Origin: Amphiscolops sp. MND2022
Lineage: Eukaryota
Reading direction: 5' to 3'
Assembly (NCBI GenBank): GCA_964187785.1
Contig: OZ076409.1
Location: 60,204,001 to 60,268,000 of the forward strand
DNA length: 64,000 bases
The translations under genes were made by a program, and so were the position numbers. Shown here piece by piece: positions 1-12,700 of this stretch. The notes beneath the pieces are model-generated. The model was given only the letters and a program-made list of their open reading frames with translations, had not been told where the DNA came from and did not search any database. Numbering within the stretch: the first letter of the stretch is position 1; every line of letters begins with the position of its first letter.

Positions 1-179
1 TTCCATGACCATTTTATCATAAAATGTGGCAACAGATCCTTGCGAAGTAATGTGAAACCCTAAGGAGTGTACTAATGGAATTAGATCTAACTGTTAGGTC
101 TAAATTTCAGATCTAATTTTATCTAAAAGACTTAGGTCTAACCCCTTTATGATTCAATATGTGTTCTGAAAGCGAAAAT

Positions 180-405
180 ATAATGTGGGGCATATGCGAT
201 GTATGCACGCTCGCCCTCACCGTCGCAAAGACCAGCTTCCACTACGATCGCTTCCCTTGGGGCCGCTTATATTCCCATCTTGCTAAGCGAGGTCGAACAG
301 GAGCAAAGACCTAGCGGGAACGGAGATCGCGAAGCGATCGTAGTGGGAGCTGGCCTTTGCGACGGTGAGGGCGAGCGTGCATACACCGTATATGCCCCGC
401 ATTAT
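180..405. mobile_element. MITE / fold-back element with ~75-bp inverted arms
   Basis: Arm 180-254 (ataatgtggggcatatgcgatgtatgcacgctcgccctcaccgtcgcaaag...gatcgcttc) is the near-perfect reverse complement of 331-405. Confidence 0.8.
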
Positions 406-819
406 GATATTTCTCGGAGTTGACTTATTTATTCCGTGAGTTGGAATGGAGTTGGCCTAATTTTGTGGTCACTTGGCTTAAACTTTTTAAGCCAAGTGAC
501 TCAAGAAAAAAATTAATCCAAATGGTATTAAGCCAAGTGACTAGTAACCAACATATCCGAGGCACGTTTTATACTTCATATCACTTTTTAGTTTTAGATC
601 CTAATTGACTTGTTTTTTCCTCAAATTAGAAGAGATTTTCAGACCTCGTTATATAGATCAATTTATTTAGATCTCAGTTTTGCACCCTCTCTCAGATCTA
701 TTTCATTAGACCTGATCCCACGTAGCCAAACCCAAACTCGTCGCGCCGATATTCAAGAGGAAAATAGTTCTTCAGTCGTTTTTCCCAAGAGTAACTCAAC
801 TCGTCGATGATTTTCATGA

Positions 820-1167
820 GGGGGCTGTAAATAGGTCGAATTTTTGTGGTCGAAAGGACAGAGGTCGAACCTTTTGATCGAATTGCAGGGATCGAATGGA
901 ATGCGGTCGAATTTTATCGTATTTGTTGTATGGCTCGGTCGCTTCGCTCCCTTCGCCAAGTAGCACCATTGAGGCATGGCCATATGGCACGTCGCTCCGC
1001 TTCGCTTCGCTCCTGCATTCAGGGGACTAGGGGTATGTGAGCATATCTGACTACGCTATAAATATTTCGATCCGAGTTGTTTCGATCCCATTCAAAAATT
1101 TGGTATGTCGACCTGAGGACTAACTCTGATTTTCGATCCCGTTCCTTCGACCTATTTCCGCCCACCC
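820..1167. mobile_element. Non-autonomous MULE-like DNA transposon
   Basis: 10-bp TSD ATTTTCATGA at 810-819 and 1168-1177. Imperfect TIRs GGGGGCTGTAAATAGGTCGAA / TTCGACCTATTTCCGCCCACCC, with subterminal GTCGA/ATCGA repeats. Confidence 0.75.
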
Positions 1168-1453
1168 ATTTTCATGAATCTACTGAAATGGACTTGATCA
1201 CTCCTTCGCATATTTTCAAAGACCATTTTCGACAGCACTTTCTATTTTTAACTCGAACTAAGTATGACTTGAACAGAACCTGTACTCGGCATATAAAATG
1301 TAAATGTTCTTTTTCTGTATCCTGAAAGCTTCTTTGATTTCTTTTTACTTATCTCTCCATCTGTATCTGTCCATGTGTAAACTCCCCAAGGGGTAAATTG
1401 AAGCCTATTACGACTACTATATTGTATTATGTATACACTACACCAAAGTAAAT

Positions 1454-1716
1454 TAACTTCTCATTTCGTTGCAAACCACGGGTGTCTTCTCCCCACGACC
1501 TGATGACCCACATGGCACTTGATTGATGACGAAGATCCATATCTGATCTTTAAGCAAAAATTATCCTACTTCGAATTTTGAACGAATTGATGATCTTTGC
1601 AACAGGCTGCTATCCTATTTGACTGTTTCATTGTGGGATGCGTTCATTTCCCAGAAACTTGAAGTTTTTGAATTCTAACCGAAGCTAATCGTATTGGCAG
1701 AGTCGGCCGAGACCAT
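1454..1716 (-). CDS. Possible first two exons of a divergent, unidentified gene
   Basis: ATG at 1716 gives MVSADSANTISF, donor GTTAGA, then an AAG acceptor near 1549 giving DQIWIFVINQVPCGSSGRGEKTPVVCNEMR and donor GTTAAT. Phases are compatible but no homology is recognised. Confidence 0.25.
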
Positions 1717-1971
1717 GATGATATACACAATTGTGTATGTTATTGTTGTGGATTTTCAGCTTTCGCTGATAGGATGTCTCCCAATTTCTTTCTAACACGA
1801 ATATAGCGAATCAAGAGACACAATGGGAATTTTTGAATATAGATATAGTTGTCGCATCTGTTTGTGGTCATAACCGGCTGACCTAGTTGTCACTTGAGTG
1901 TGTCTTCGTTGTTTTTTTTTCGAACTGACTCAACCTTAGTTTGTCGGTAGCTCAAACATCGATATATTCCC

Positions 1972-2042
1972 GGACTGGGGCAAATGGCGAAGCCACTGGA
2001 AAGCGATAGCATTGATATCCCTTGGGTTCGAACCCCACAAGA
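1972..2042 (+). repeat. tRNA-derived (SINE-head-like) sequence
   Basis: A-box-like TGGGGCAAATGG and B box GGTTCGAACCC; no complete cloverleaf. Confidence 0.4.
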
Positions 2043-2219
2043 CTACTATTACTGCTAAAATGCATGTGATGAAGTCCGCGTCTTCAAATCAAACTTCCAC
2101 AATAGATCTCAAAAGGTTAATTCAAGCTCAAAATCGAAGTTCGTTACCGTAGTAATACCAACGAATAATTTGTGAAGAGTCCAGGGTCCAAAAGACCGTA
2201 ACATTTACTAAAAATTTCA

Positions 2220-3506
2220 ATGGGTTGCTACAGACCCATCAGTTTACTATGCTGCTGCTCAAAAATACTGGAAAAAGTCATATTTGACGGTATATACAAG
2301 CATACCAAAGATAGACTACACGAAAGTCAATTTGGTTTCCGCAAACGGAGATCAGCGACAATCCAATTGTTAGTGTTCCTTGACCGATTATATGAATTCT
2401 ATGACAAGGTAGAAACAGACCAGCTAGCTGTTTTATATCTCGATTTTGCCAAAGCCTTCGATACAGTCCCCCACGACATCCTGATTCAGAAAATAGAAAA
2501 CTATGGAATTGGTGGAAAGCTGCTTTCTATTATAAAATAGTATCTAACTGATAGAAAACAATACGTTCGTATCGAGGACAGCAGGTCTACCCCAAAAGCA
2601 GTGACGAGTGGGGTCCCACAGGGGTCTATCTTGGGTCCTCTCTTTTTCCTACTATTCATAAACGATCTCCCTGAATTACTAAATGAAGTTGATAGCTTTT
2701 GCTATGCAGATGATTTCAAAGTCATAACCCGGAAGCAAACTCAGCTGGATGATTCAACTGTAAAAATAGAAAACTGGTTGAATGCTAACAAAATGATGCC
2801 CAATATCAAGAAATCGACAATTCTCAATCTGCGAGGAGAACAAAGCGCTACTCTGATGAAAAAGTCGCTCTCAAATGTTCAAATTCAACGCGATCTGGGA
2901 GTCATGATCAGCAACAACCTTAGCTGGAATGAAAACAGTAACAGGCGTGCAACCAAAGCAATGGGTGCTTTTTTTCAAATCAAGCGAAGTCTTTCGCAGA
3001 AATGTGCTATCATAACGAAATTGAACGCATATACTGGCTACGTAGTACCCATCCTAACTTTTGCCTCCCAGACATGGCTACCAAACAAAACAAATTCTGT
3101 AACACTGGAGAAAGTTCAAAAATTGGCTACTCGTTGGATCTTGGGTCCAGAAAAAAGCTATTGCGAAAGAATGAAAGAGCTGAAGCTCCTCCCCCTCAGT
3201 CTCTATATGGAAATGCACGATATCCTGATATTGCTGGCTATGCTCAATGACAAGTATGATGTAGTACTTAATGAAACCTTGCCACATGCATATGATTCAA
3301 CCAGACAATTTCAACGAGGAGAGCTACCAATTGCCCAGACTCGACTCTGGTACAATGAGACAAACACGTGTACATGGAGACTCCTATGCAGATGTGGAAA
3401 CTGCAACATTTTTGAAAAACTACGACCAAATTAAAACTCGGACTATCCAAAGGGAAACCTCCTAGGGCTACGCCCTGAAGTCTATTCTACTACTACTACT
3501 ACTACT
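2220..3506 (+). mobile_element. 5'-truncated CR1/L2-type LINE; RT pseudo-ORF with one nonsense codon and a (TAC)n tail
   Basis: YRPISLL, QFGFR, YLDFAKAFDTVPH, SGVPQGSILGPLFF, YADD, RDLGV. ORFs 2220-2540 and 2601-3434 are in the same frame, separated by TAG at 2538-2540. Tail ctactactactactact at ~3487-3506. Confidence 0.92.
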
Positions 3507-3628
3507 AATCAAGAGTTTTGAAGGTCGTTTCTTGATTTCTCTGCAGTAGAGACTTTGCTTCAAGGTATTTGCTTCACACCGCTTCTCCACTTAAATTCGT
3601 GTTTCAGATTTTGAATGATTAACAAGCA

Positions 3629-3714
3629 ATGATGATTAAACGTAGATTAGGAGAAACTGCTAAGAATAGACGACCACCAAGGTGTACAAAGAAATCGGAA
3701 AACATCTATAACAG
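3629..3714 (+). CDS. MACO1: Macoilin coding exon 1 (MMIKRRLGETAKNRRPPRCTKKSENIYNS)
   Basis: Resembles the basic macoilin N-terminus (MKRRN...RRPLKRNRITEGIYGS). Acceptor gtttcag ends at 3607; donor GTTAGC at 3715. Confidence 0.85.
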
Positions 3715-6700
3715 GTTAGCTGAATGCACTTGAAATCCTGTCATTATTGGTGCTTGAGATCCAACGTTGTTTCAAGATTCCACCAGAATTTGATTCTTAG
3801 GTTGAAAGCATTTTGATATGCAGCAGCTTAGTCTTTATCAGCCATCTAATTTTCACTGTTGTTAGATTTTGTGGAGTTTGATAATTGTAGCCTTAATTCG
3901 ACATTTATTTCGGACATTCAAAAAAGTGTTTATAGCCATCTTCTACTCAACTCATTAGGTTACAATCCTTTAGATGTTATCTGTAATCATGTATAATTAC
4001 GTGTGTTTGTAACAGCTACAAAAGAGGGTGTACAATTAATCTGCGTTTCAGCACACTTTTATATCTGAAGTTTGTTCTGGTCTGGGGCGGAGTCCTTCTA
4101 CTGGACTTTCTTTTGGACGTGAGATTCGAATATCTGTGGCCTGTCTGGCTGTTTGTGCAGTCTGTTCACGATACTTACAAATATCAGGGATTGGTAAATA
4201 TTGTCTTATTCATTTTCATTCGAAACTACATGTACTAGCATCCGTTTCGTTTCAGATGAAATATTTATTCATCTAACGAATCACAAGGTCAACGGCAGCT
4301 CGAGCTCATTCCAAACTGAAGTGTTTTCTGTAGTTTAGTTTTCGATGAAACAGAGTTTCAAAATCGAGCCAGGGAGTAAATTGTTTCCTGGTCTCAGATC
4401 AATCAAGCTCGCATATTTTGTGTACCACCAATCGCGATGAATTGGTTAACTGAGGATTATCACAATCATCTCATGCCTAGCATGAAAAGACATGAATTGA
4501 AAACTGTGTTTTGAATGCTTTTTATTATATGAAGTTCGTGAAATGCTTCATTGAACAAGTCGGTGTCTAAAATTGTCTTCGTTCAATAGTCGCTTTTACC
4601 AAAAAATTGTGTGAATTTGGAAAATTTTACAAAAAAAAATAGAACGGCCATTTCATTAATTTCAGTACTCAGTGTGTACCATCCTTTACATTCAAACAGG
4701 CAAAGCGTGTTCGGTATTTTCCTGATTGCTTGAAAGTTCTTCATTTCAGGCGTTCAGCCTTTTCTTCAGTTGTCTAAGTCTCACTTCGGACGTGATTTGT
4801 TCCTACGCCATTAGAGATGACTGGATATTTTTCCTGGCCAGCTCCTACGTGTGGGTTCAATATGTATGGCACACGGAACGTGGAATCTGTTTTCCGACAG
4901 TCGCCTTGTGGTTCATATTCGTCTATGTAGAGGCAGCCATCAGACTGAAAGATCTTTCCAAAGACATGAGTCATCGAGTCAATCTATGCAGACCCTTTGC
5001 TGCTCACAGGTCAATATCTTATTCTTAGCTTACCTTCTAGAAAAATAATTCCATTGTACTTTCTAGCAAATCTGTTGGGTCAAATCCGTTTGGTTTCTTA
5101 CATCTATCTCATTCTGTTCCTTTCAAAAACCAATAACCCGAGAGCCCTTATTGTACATGGCTATGCTTTGTAATGAAGGTCAAATGTAGAATCTTGATTT
5201 CAATATTCAGGAAGAAAACTCGATGTAAAAAGTTTCAAGAGAAGCTGCGAAGTCGCATCATCGTCAACATGAGAAGTTTAAATTCTCTATAAAAAAGGGA
5301 CCGTGCGTACTGAAACCCATTTTTCATTTTGGGACAAATATGAACGAAGCCCGTTCGTTGTTAAAAGGAGGGCAAAAGGAAAAGGTTGAAGAGGGTTGCA
5401 TATACGCTGCAAGCTGCAGAGCCTCCTTGCAGTGTCACTAACGGTCCCATATAAATAAAAATTGTAAACCTTGGTAAGTGGAGGAAAATTTATAAATTAC
5501 TGCAATATTATCACAATGTTCGTTGTAAAATAGAATCTAGCAAAACTACATGAAAAGTAGTTTTTGAATTGGTGCAGATATTTTCTCAGTTGTATGTACT
5601 GTTTCAGCATTGGATATCCGGTTGTCACTCTTGGGTTTGGCTTCAAAAGTTATATATCTTACAAACTCAGACTACGGAAGCAAGTCGAAGTTCAGAAAGA
5701 AAACGAGTTTTATTTCCAACTGCTCAAGCAAGCTTTACCCAAACAAAATAATCTCAACTGTAAGTACATTTCTGACAATTGCACATCCACAAAATTCACG
5801 CAGCCGTACACTTAGTCTGTTGAACAATTTTTTGATCATTCGAATCAATAACAAGCTGAGAGCGGCATATGTTGGCGCCCCGCTTAAGGCTCAAAATGCA
5901 CAAAGCACCTCAAAGTTTTAAATTGCTGTTTTTGAATAATTATTCGTCTCACAGAGTCGAAAACAAAAACAATTGCAGTTGGGAGCTTTTTCTTGAAAAC
6001 TGGCCTTCAGTAGAGAACTAGTTGCGTAAAAAAGTGAAATCATCAGTTAGCGTAAAAGGTGACCTTGAGATTGAGAATTTCAATTTTTTTATCCGAAGTA
6101 ATTGCCATATTCGTTATATCAGAAACTGAAATTAGTTCTATTTGAAAAAGCCGGGACCTGCCCAAGTTGGCCCCTGCTCACGTTTCTTGAATATGCAAAG
6201 GTCACTATTCTCAAACTCTTACTCAGTGCCGAAAAATACCCCAAGCGATACCTAAAATTCGAAAACGACTTTTTCCCTGACTGGAAGCACGAAACATCCC
6301 TTTTTGGAAATTAATTTTTCGTCAATTTTTTTGGAAAAGTTTCAGCACGCCAATATACTTTTCATCAGCTATGAAAGCAAATGGGGTACCCTTTGACCAA
6401 ATGAAAGTTTCGGGAAAAAAGGCACAGGGCCAAAAAAGTATGATGTAGTATTGAGAATAAAACAGCTGTTCGGTTAAGTTGAAAAAGAATAAGGTCTCAC
6501 AATACCAAAAAAGCCGAAGGGGGTCCTTTGGCTTCAAATGATTGTGTATCAACTTTAAATATCCTAAAAGGGGGACCCTTTGTATTATTGAAAAATTCTT
6601 CAAGAAACGTTATATCCGGAATTAGTTGAATCCCGTTTGCGGTAAATCAGGTATGGGTTGTGTTATGGTCAGTTCAAAGGTAGTATATAGATGGCCAAAA

Positions 6701-9700
6701 GGGACTTTGCCAAAATTAAAAAATTTTTGGTAGAACTATTTTGGACAGTTCATGTGTATCGAAAAAAAACTGACCAAAAGCCATGACTATAGTCTCTCTT
6801 TTCTAAAGAAAAGCGCGACTACAAATGAACACCCCGGCGTTGGCCAGATTCGACAGTCTCCCCAATTTTCGCCATGCAGCACGCAACAAAAAACGATATA
6901 CCCGAAATAGATCACTATATAAACTAAATATCCGAAAACATTAACTGCAATTAGTATGATTTACAGATTTTAATTTTAATTTTTATTTAAGATTATTCCT
7001 GCATTAGATAGTTTCGGATTCCCAATTTCAGCCTAACAAGATGCAAGAAAACGGGAAGTAATTTTTTTGACGTTATAACCGAATTATATCACTTTATGCA
7101 TACGTTATATCCGAAACCGCGATTCCGATCTCAAAATGAAACAAGCCGGGAACGGCCCAAGTCGGCGCCATATCTAAGGCTCAAAAATAGCAAAAGGACT
7201 TCAAAGTGTCAAGTATTCTCTTCTACAGTACCCTCATGAGCAAAAAATTGAAAAAAAAATCGAATTTTTTTGGTCCCCGGTAAGTCGCATAGTGCCGAAA
7301 AATTTAAAAGAGGACCTCAAAAAAGCATAATTAACCTATATCTCAAGTGCCAGTAGAAGTAGTGTGGCATTTAGTGTTAGTTCAAGTCAGCTTATAAAGC
7401 TTATAAAATCTGTCACTTCGTTGGTCTTAAAAAAAGGAAAAAGTCATAATATAGTCTGCGTTTTTCTACGAAAAGCGCCGACTAAAAAATTGGATCTGTG
7501 CAGGGTTCGAACCCACATCCTCCTGCTTCCCCGCTCCAACTACTCAGGCCATCGGGATTTATATATGAGACAATTCGACAAGAAGTGGTCACTTTGACCC
7601 GATTGGAAAAAAAACACGGAGAAACCACCATGATATTCGCGTTTCATTTCAGTGCCGACTAAAATGGACTCAATGCCTGCTAAAAACACATGTTTGTTAA
7701 TCGATTTGGCTAGACTCCCTAAAAGTGTCATGTTGTTAGGAAATACATGTAGAATCATTGGGAACTCATGCTTTTGGTAGATTTTACAAGGCTTTTGTGT
7801 ATATCAGTTTTCTCAAAACAATTTTTGTCTAGATGTATCGTTCTGGGATCCCTTGCAAAGCCGCTAACAATGATGTACCGCTAATTCGATTCGCTAATGA
7901 AAACTTGTCGCTTCGGTATTCCGATAATTAGCGGTGTTATAACTATGTTGGAGACAATATTGATTTTTCTGCAGGTTTTATTCGATGGTCACTCTTTTGT
8001 TTTATAATAACCAAATGCGGCTTTATTCGAGTGAGGCCATTTTTGGAACAGATGCATATCACTTGTTTTTTATAGTCGAGGATCCTGTCTACGAAGACGA
8101 AAACGCGGGCAACGTTAGAGCAAATGGTCATATTCCTCTGGGAGGTTTGAACGGCATTTCGAATGGCATCCAATGGCGCTTGTCGAACAGAGATCATCAG
8201 AACAACGCCAGGACTAACGAGTGGCTACAAAACAACCCGATTCCAAGCAGCAACGGGGTCTTACCCAACGCAAGCAATCACAGTAATAACAACAATGCCA
8301 ATAGCAACAGTGGCGGCGGCAGCTCTGCTTCTAGTTTCTTATCTCGGCCCAGGGTTCCTCTTTGGACAAGGTACTTTTACTACTTGACTGATTCACTTTG
8401 GAAATGTTTGTTGAATAAATGAACCTAGCAGTTTGTGGTCGACATCATTGTCGTCAATCATCAAGCGTATCGTCAATCAATTAATCATAAATTCTGGTCA
8501 AGAAGAAATACAAAAAGGAATAATTTGATATTGACGTGAATGATTTTGAAGCAGTTATGATGTTTCCATGATCTCACTTTCGCCTATGTGCTAGGGAAAT
8601 TTAGACTTCCAGCCGCGTTTCTTCAATGCAAATTTAGCCCTTTTCTGAACTTACTGAGATATAGCACCTTGCACAGAGTTTAGCGACGAAAAAGTAGCTT
8701 TGTAGCATATGTATTGATGAAGAAATCTAAGAAAGTTCAAGAAAAAGCGTGACAAAGGTTTTGAACTTTTTGTGCAAGTTTTCAATGATTTCAGATTGTA
8801 TGTCGTGTTTGTCTAAAGCTGAAAAATTTCCTTTGCTTAGCGGTCCTCTTGTAATAAATACCCCTTCTTCTATTAATAGCAGGACCCCTAGCAACGATAA
8901 CAACTCGGGTGGCAACAAGAATCAGCAGCAGAACTCGACAGACTCGACTCCGACTTCCTCTTCCAACGCTGGGGGAGGGGGCAAACATATATCACAGAGT
9001 GGGGGAGGAGGCGCTCATCACAGCAGTGGCTCTAGTCCCAACAGCTCGCCCCATACTCACAACTCGAGCGGAGGGGCAGCAGGTGCAAACAACCCCCCTC
9101 ACACAACAGACCGAGCAAACAACTCTGCAGGTTATTGAACTGACCTAATTGAATTGACCTAAATGTTTGACCCAGAATTAATTTTATTAAAAAGTGGGAT
9201 CATGAATTCGGGTGCTGTTCAAATCAGTTTTTACAAAAGAAGAGAAACCATGTTCATTTTTGCTTGTATTATTCAAACGTGTATTCATTCAAACTTGTCA
9301 AAAATTGGCAACTTATAGATGTTCTTTGTCTCTAAATGTAAAAAGCTCCAAAATTGGAAATGATACTTCGATATTCATCCTATCAAAATTTTATAAGAGA
9401 ATGTGAGATCGTATGATCCGTTGCCCCGCTGCTCAAAGATTTGCTGACGTCCCAAGAACTTGATAGCAGTCAAAGTTTGTGTCCGTCCCCGAAATACTAG
9501 ATCCAAGCTCTCAATATTTTGAAGTTTTCCGTTGCATGTTTGCACGGGAATTTTTCGTCATTGGTACAGATCAAATCCATTGTGATGGGTTTCAGGAGCC
9601 AATTCAAGTGGTGGTGCTGGTGGCGGCGGAGTCCTCTCTCCCTCCACTCCAAAGAACCCCATCCTAGCTGTCAAACAGATCGCCACTGCAATCACTGGTG

Positions 9701-12700
9701 GAAGCTGCTTGAGCCCCAACTCCTCTTACGAAGTCAGTTTATAAGTGTCAACTAAGAACTCTTGTCCTACTGTTGCTCCGGCTTATTGTTGTGTTTGGAA
9801 ACTTTGACAAAACCTTTGTGGAAATTATTCAGCTTCATATTAGGACATGTTTAGTCCTGAATATTTTTAGTGTCAAGGTATTCACAAAAGTATGGTAACA
9901 AGCTGTTTCATCGTTGAAGTCTGTAGATATCCGACAAAATTCAAAACGTGTACCAAAAATGCATTGTCAAAATTGAAATTTTTCGGGAACTACGGTGCTG
10001 TCCGGTCGGTATCCGGCTTCAATCAGTCCTATCTGGTTGTCTGAGGCCTATATGGAGGGTCAGGAATCACCCGGAAGGAGCAGGGTTGGCAAGTTTGAAA
10101 AAAAAAACGTTTTAAACACAGCAGAAAAGAAACATGATTAAAACACGTGAAAAGAACATTTTTTTCGTTTGTTTGTAGTTGTACAATCTGGTTTCTGCGG
10201 TACCAAGTTCTGCCGGATTGGAGCGGCACTTTTCGACAATGGGATGAATTACGGGACTCTGAGATCGAGTCGAAAAAGCCCGAAAGCTGTGTTTTTTGTA
10301 TAAACAACTGAATAAGTGATGTGATCTGTAAAGGTTGGGAAAAATCATTTTTCGGAAAAAAAAGGTTTTTTTTTCAAAAAAAAACTTCAATTCACGAAAA
10401 AAATTACCCAACCCTGGGAGGGAGCAATGCAACCAATTTTGAGCTAAAATTGAATGAAATCTTAACTCACTTTTGTCTCATTCTGTCATCCCCATGTAAT
10501 AGTGTCATGCATAATCGATCAGGTCTAGTGCTTTGAACCTGTGGTATTTTGACTTCATGGTACTTTGACCAGTAACTGATTGAAGAACCGACGTTTGAGT
10601 GACAATTTGCACTGTGTTAGAGAAGAAACTTTAGTAGGAAACTGTTTTTAGTGCCTAGCCAAATTGAGTTTGATTTTTAAAATGATGCCGTTTCAGGAAC
10701 TTTCCAAAAAGTCGTCCTCATTCTGTGACTCGAGCAAAAACGAGGACTCCTCTCAAGGACATCAACAAAATGGTACAGTTGTCAATTCATCAAACAGCAG
10801 CGGAGGAGGGAACTCTAACTCCGGCCACAGTGGGGGAGGGGGCAACTCTAGAAACAACCAGTCTAGGCGGGAGACGGGCGGAGGCAAGAAGTCGGCCAAT
10901 AACTACTCTTCACCCCGCGAGTCTAAGAAGCGAGGAGGCGGTGGAGGTACGTTGGCGCTCTTGGCTTTACCGCTAGTTCCAGTGATCTCTACGTATTGGT
11001 GCTCAATCGAATTTTTCGGAAAATCCGAATTGAAATGAAAAGTACTGGAGAAACATTCTGGAATATTGAAGAAGCTTTCAAAATTTTCATTCTAGACTGT
11101 TTTTTGCAAAAGAACAAATTTCGTCCTATAACGAATGTTCAATGTTTTACGTTGCGTATAGCTCAACTACGAGATTGTTTTTGTGCTTTGAAGTTGAGCA
11201 ATTTAATGAAATGAAAACCCGCACCAGTAAAAACACCCAGCCATGGGTTTCGAAATAAATGGTGCTCTGGGCATGTTATATTTCAAAAACTGCTGTAGAT
11301 TTGCTTACCCTGATCTGTATATTTTTCGAAACATTGGTTTGTACGTTTCAATTTTGCAGAAGCACGCGTGTTCTCAGATGTTATGAATAAGTTGGATTTG
11401 AGATTTGTTGTCTGTGCATATTGGATAATTGTTTCAGGAGGCAACAATAACAACAATTCGGGGGGCTCCGATTCACGTTCACTGGTGGCTACAAGCAACA
11501 ACAACAACTGGCTGGAGCCCAACCACAACCTTATCAGCCACACATCTGCCACTGCCATCGAGAACCTCACAGACGCCGAGAAAATTGAAAAGTTGGTTCC
11601 GCCGATCCCTCTTAACCTCTTTTTGCGTTTCCTCAAATTTCTCAGAAGATTTCTGTAGTTTTTTTATGTCTTATTTTCCATATTATGAAACCACCTGAAA
11701 TATTTAATCACCTGATATTAATGTTTCACTTGGTTTCATAATCATATTTGCTTTCTAACGGCAAAAAAAAACGGAAAAGAGGGGCCCTTTGGTCTCGCCC
11801 GGTATTGTATGTTACGCGGAAAAAAAAGAAAAACCTTTTGGTTTAGGTCCTTGGGCCAACAGATACAATTTCAAATTCTGAAGAAGTTTTGGTAGAATCA
11901 TTTTGGTCACTTCAGGTGTATCGAAAAAAAGACACTGACGGAAAGCCATAACTTGACTATAGTCGACTCTTTTCTTAAGAAAAGCACCGACTAAAAACAT
12001 GTTTTTAAGATCTTGCGCTTTTTAGCTTTAAGCGGAGCGTTGACTTGGGACGTTTCCGGTATATAATATTCTTGTAGCTTGTTCTACGTATATGGTTGAA
12101 TCTTAACAATCGTTAGAAATTACTTGATTTCAGGTCCAAGATAATCTATCAACTATTCACTGCAGGATTCCAGCATAATTAGCGAACCAAGATTGCTGTG
12201 ATCTTATGTTCTTTGAGCTATTGCAGAATGCTTAGAAAAATTTTGAAAATCCCGCGTTATAAAGGATCCTTTGTTTTCAAAAGACTAGTCAAATGAATAG
12301 TATTCATGAAAAAATCTGCGTTTAATGGAAAACCGGGGTTTCGGTTGCTGAGGCTTCAAACTAATGGGCTTTTGTTTGCTGGAGACTACTTTTGAGTAAT
12401 CAGGTGCAACTTTTATTCATATGATGGGAAGATTTTCATTGTGAAAAATGTAAAAGCAACTAAAAGATTGTCTGAGTGTCGTTTCTGGAACTGTAGGCTA
12501 TCAATGATAACTGAACAAAGAAGTGCATTGCGGTGTTTTAGGATAGAGAAGTTGGAAATGAGCGTGAAAGCTTTGAGCGCTGATTTGAGTGCCAAAAGTC
12601 TGGTTAACCAGGAGTTGTCTTCTAAGCTGAGTGGGGTTACTTCCTCGGAGCGCCAGATGAAACAGGAGCTGGAGCAAATGCGTAGCGACAAGAGGGGACT

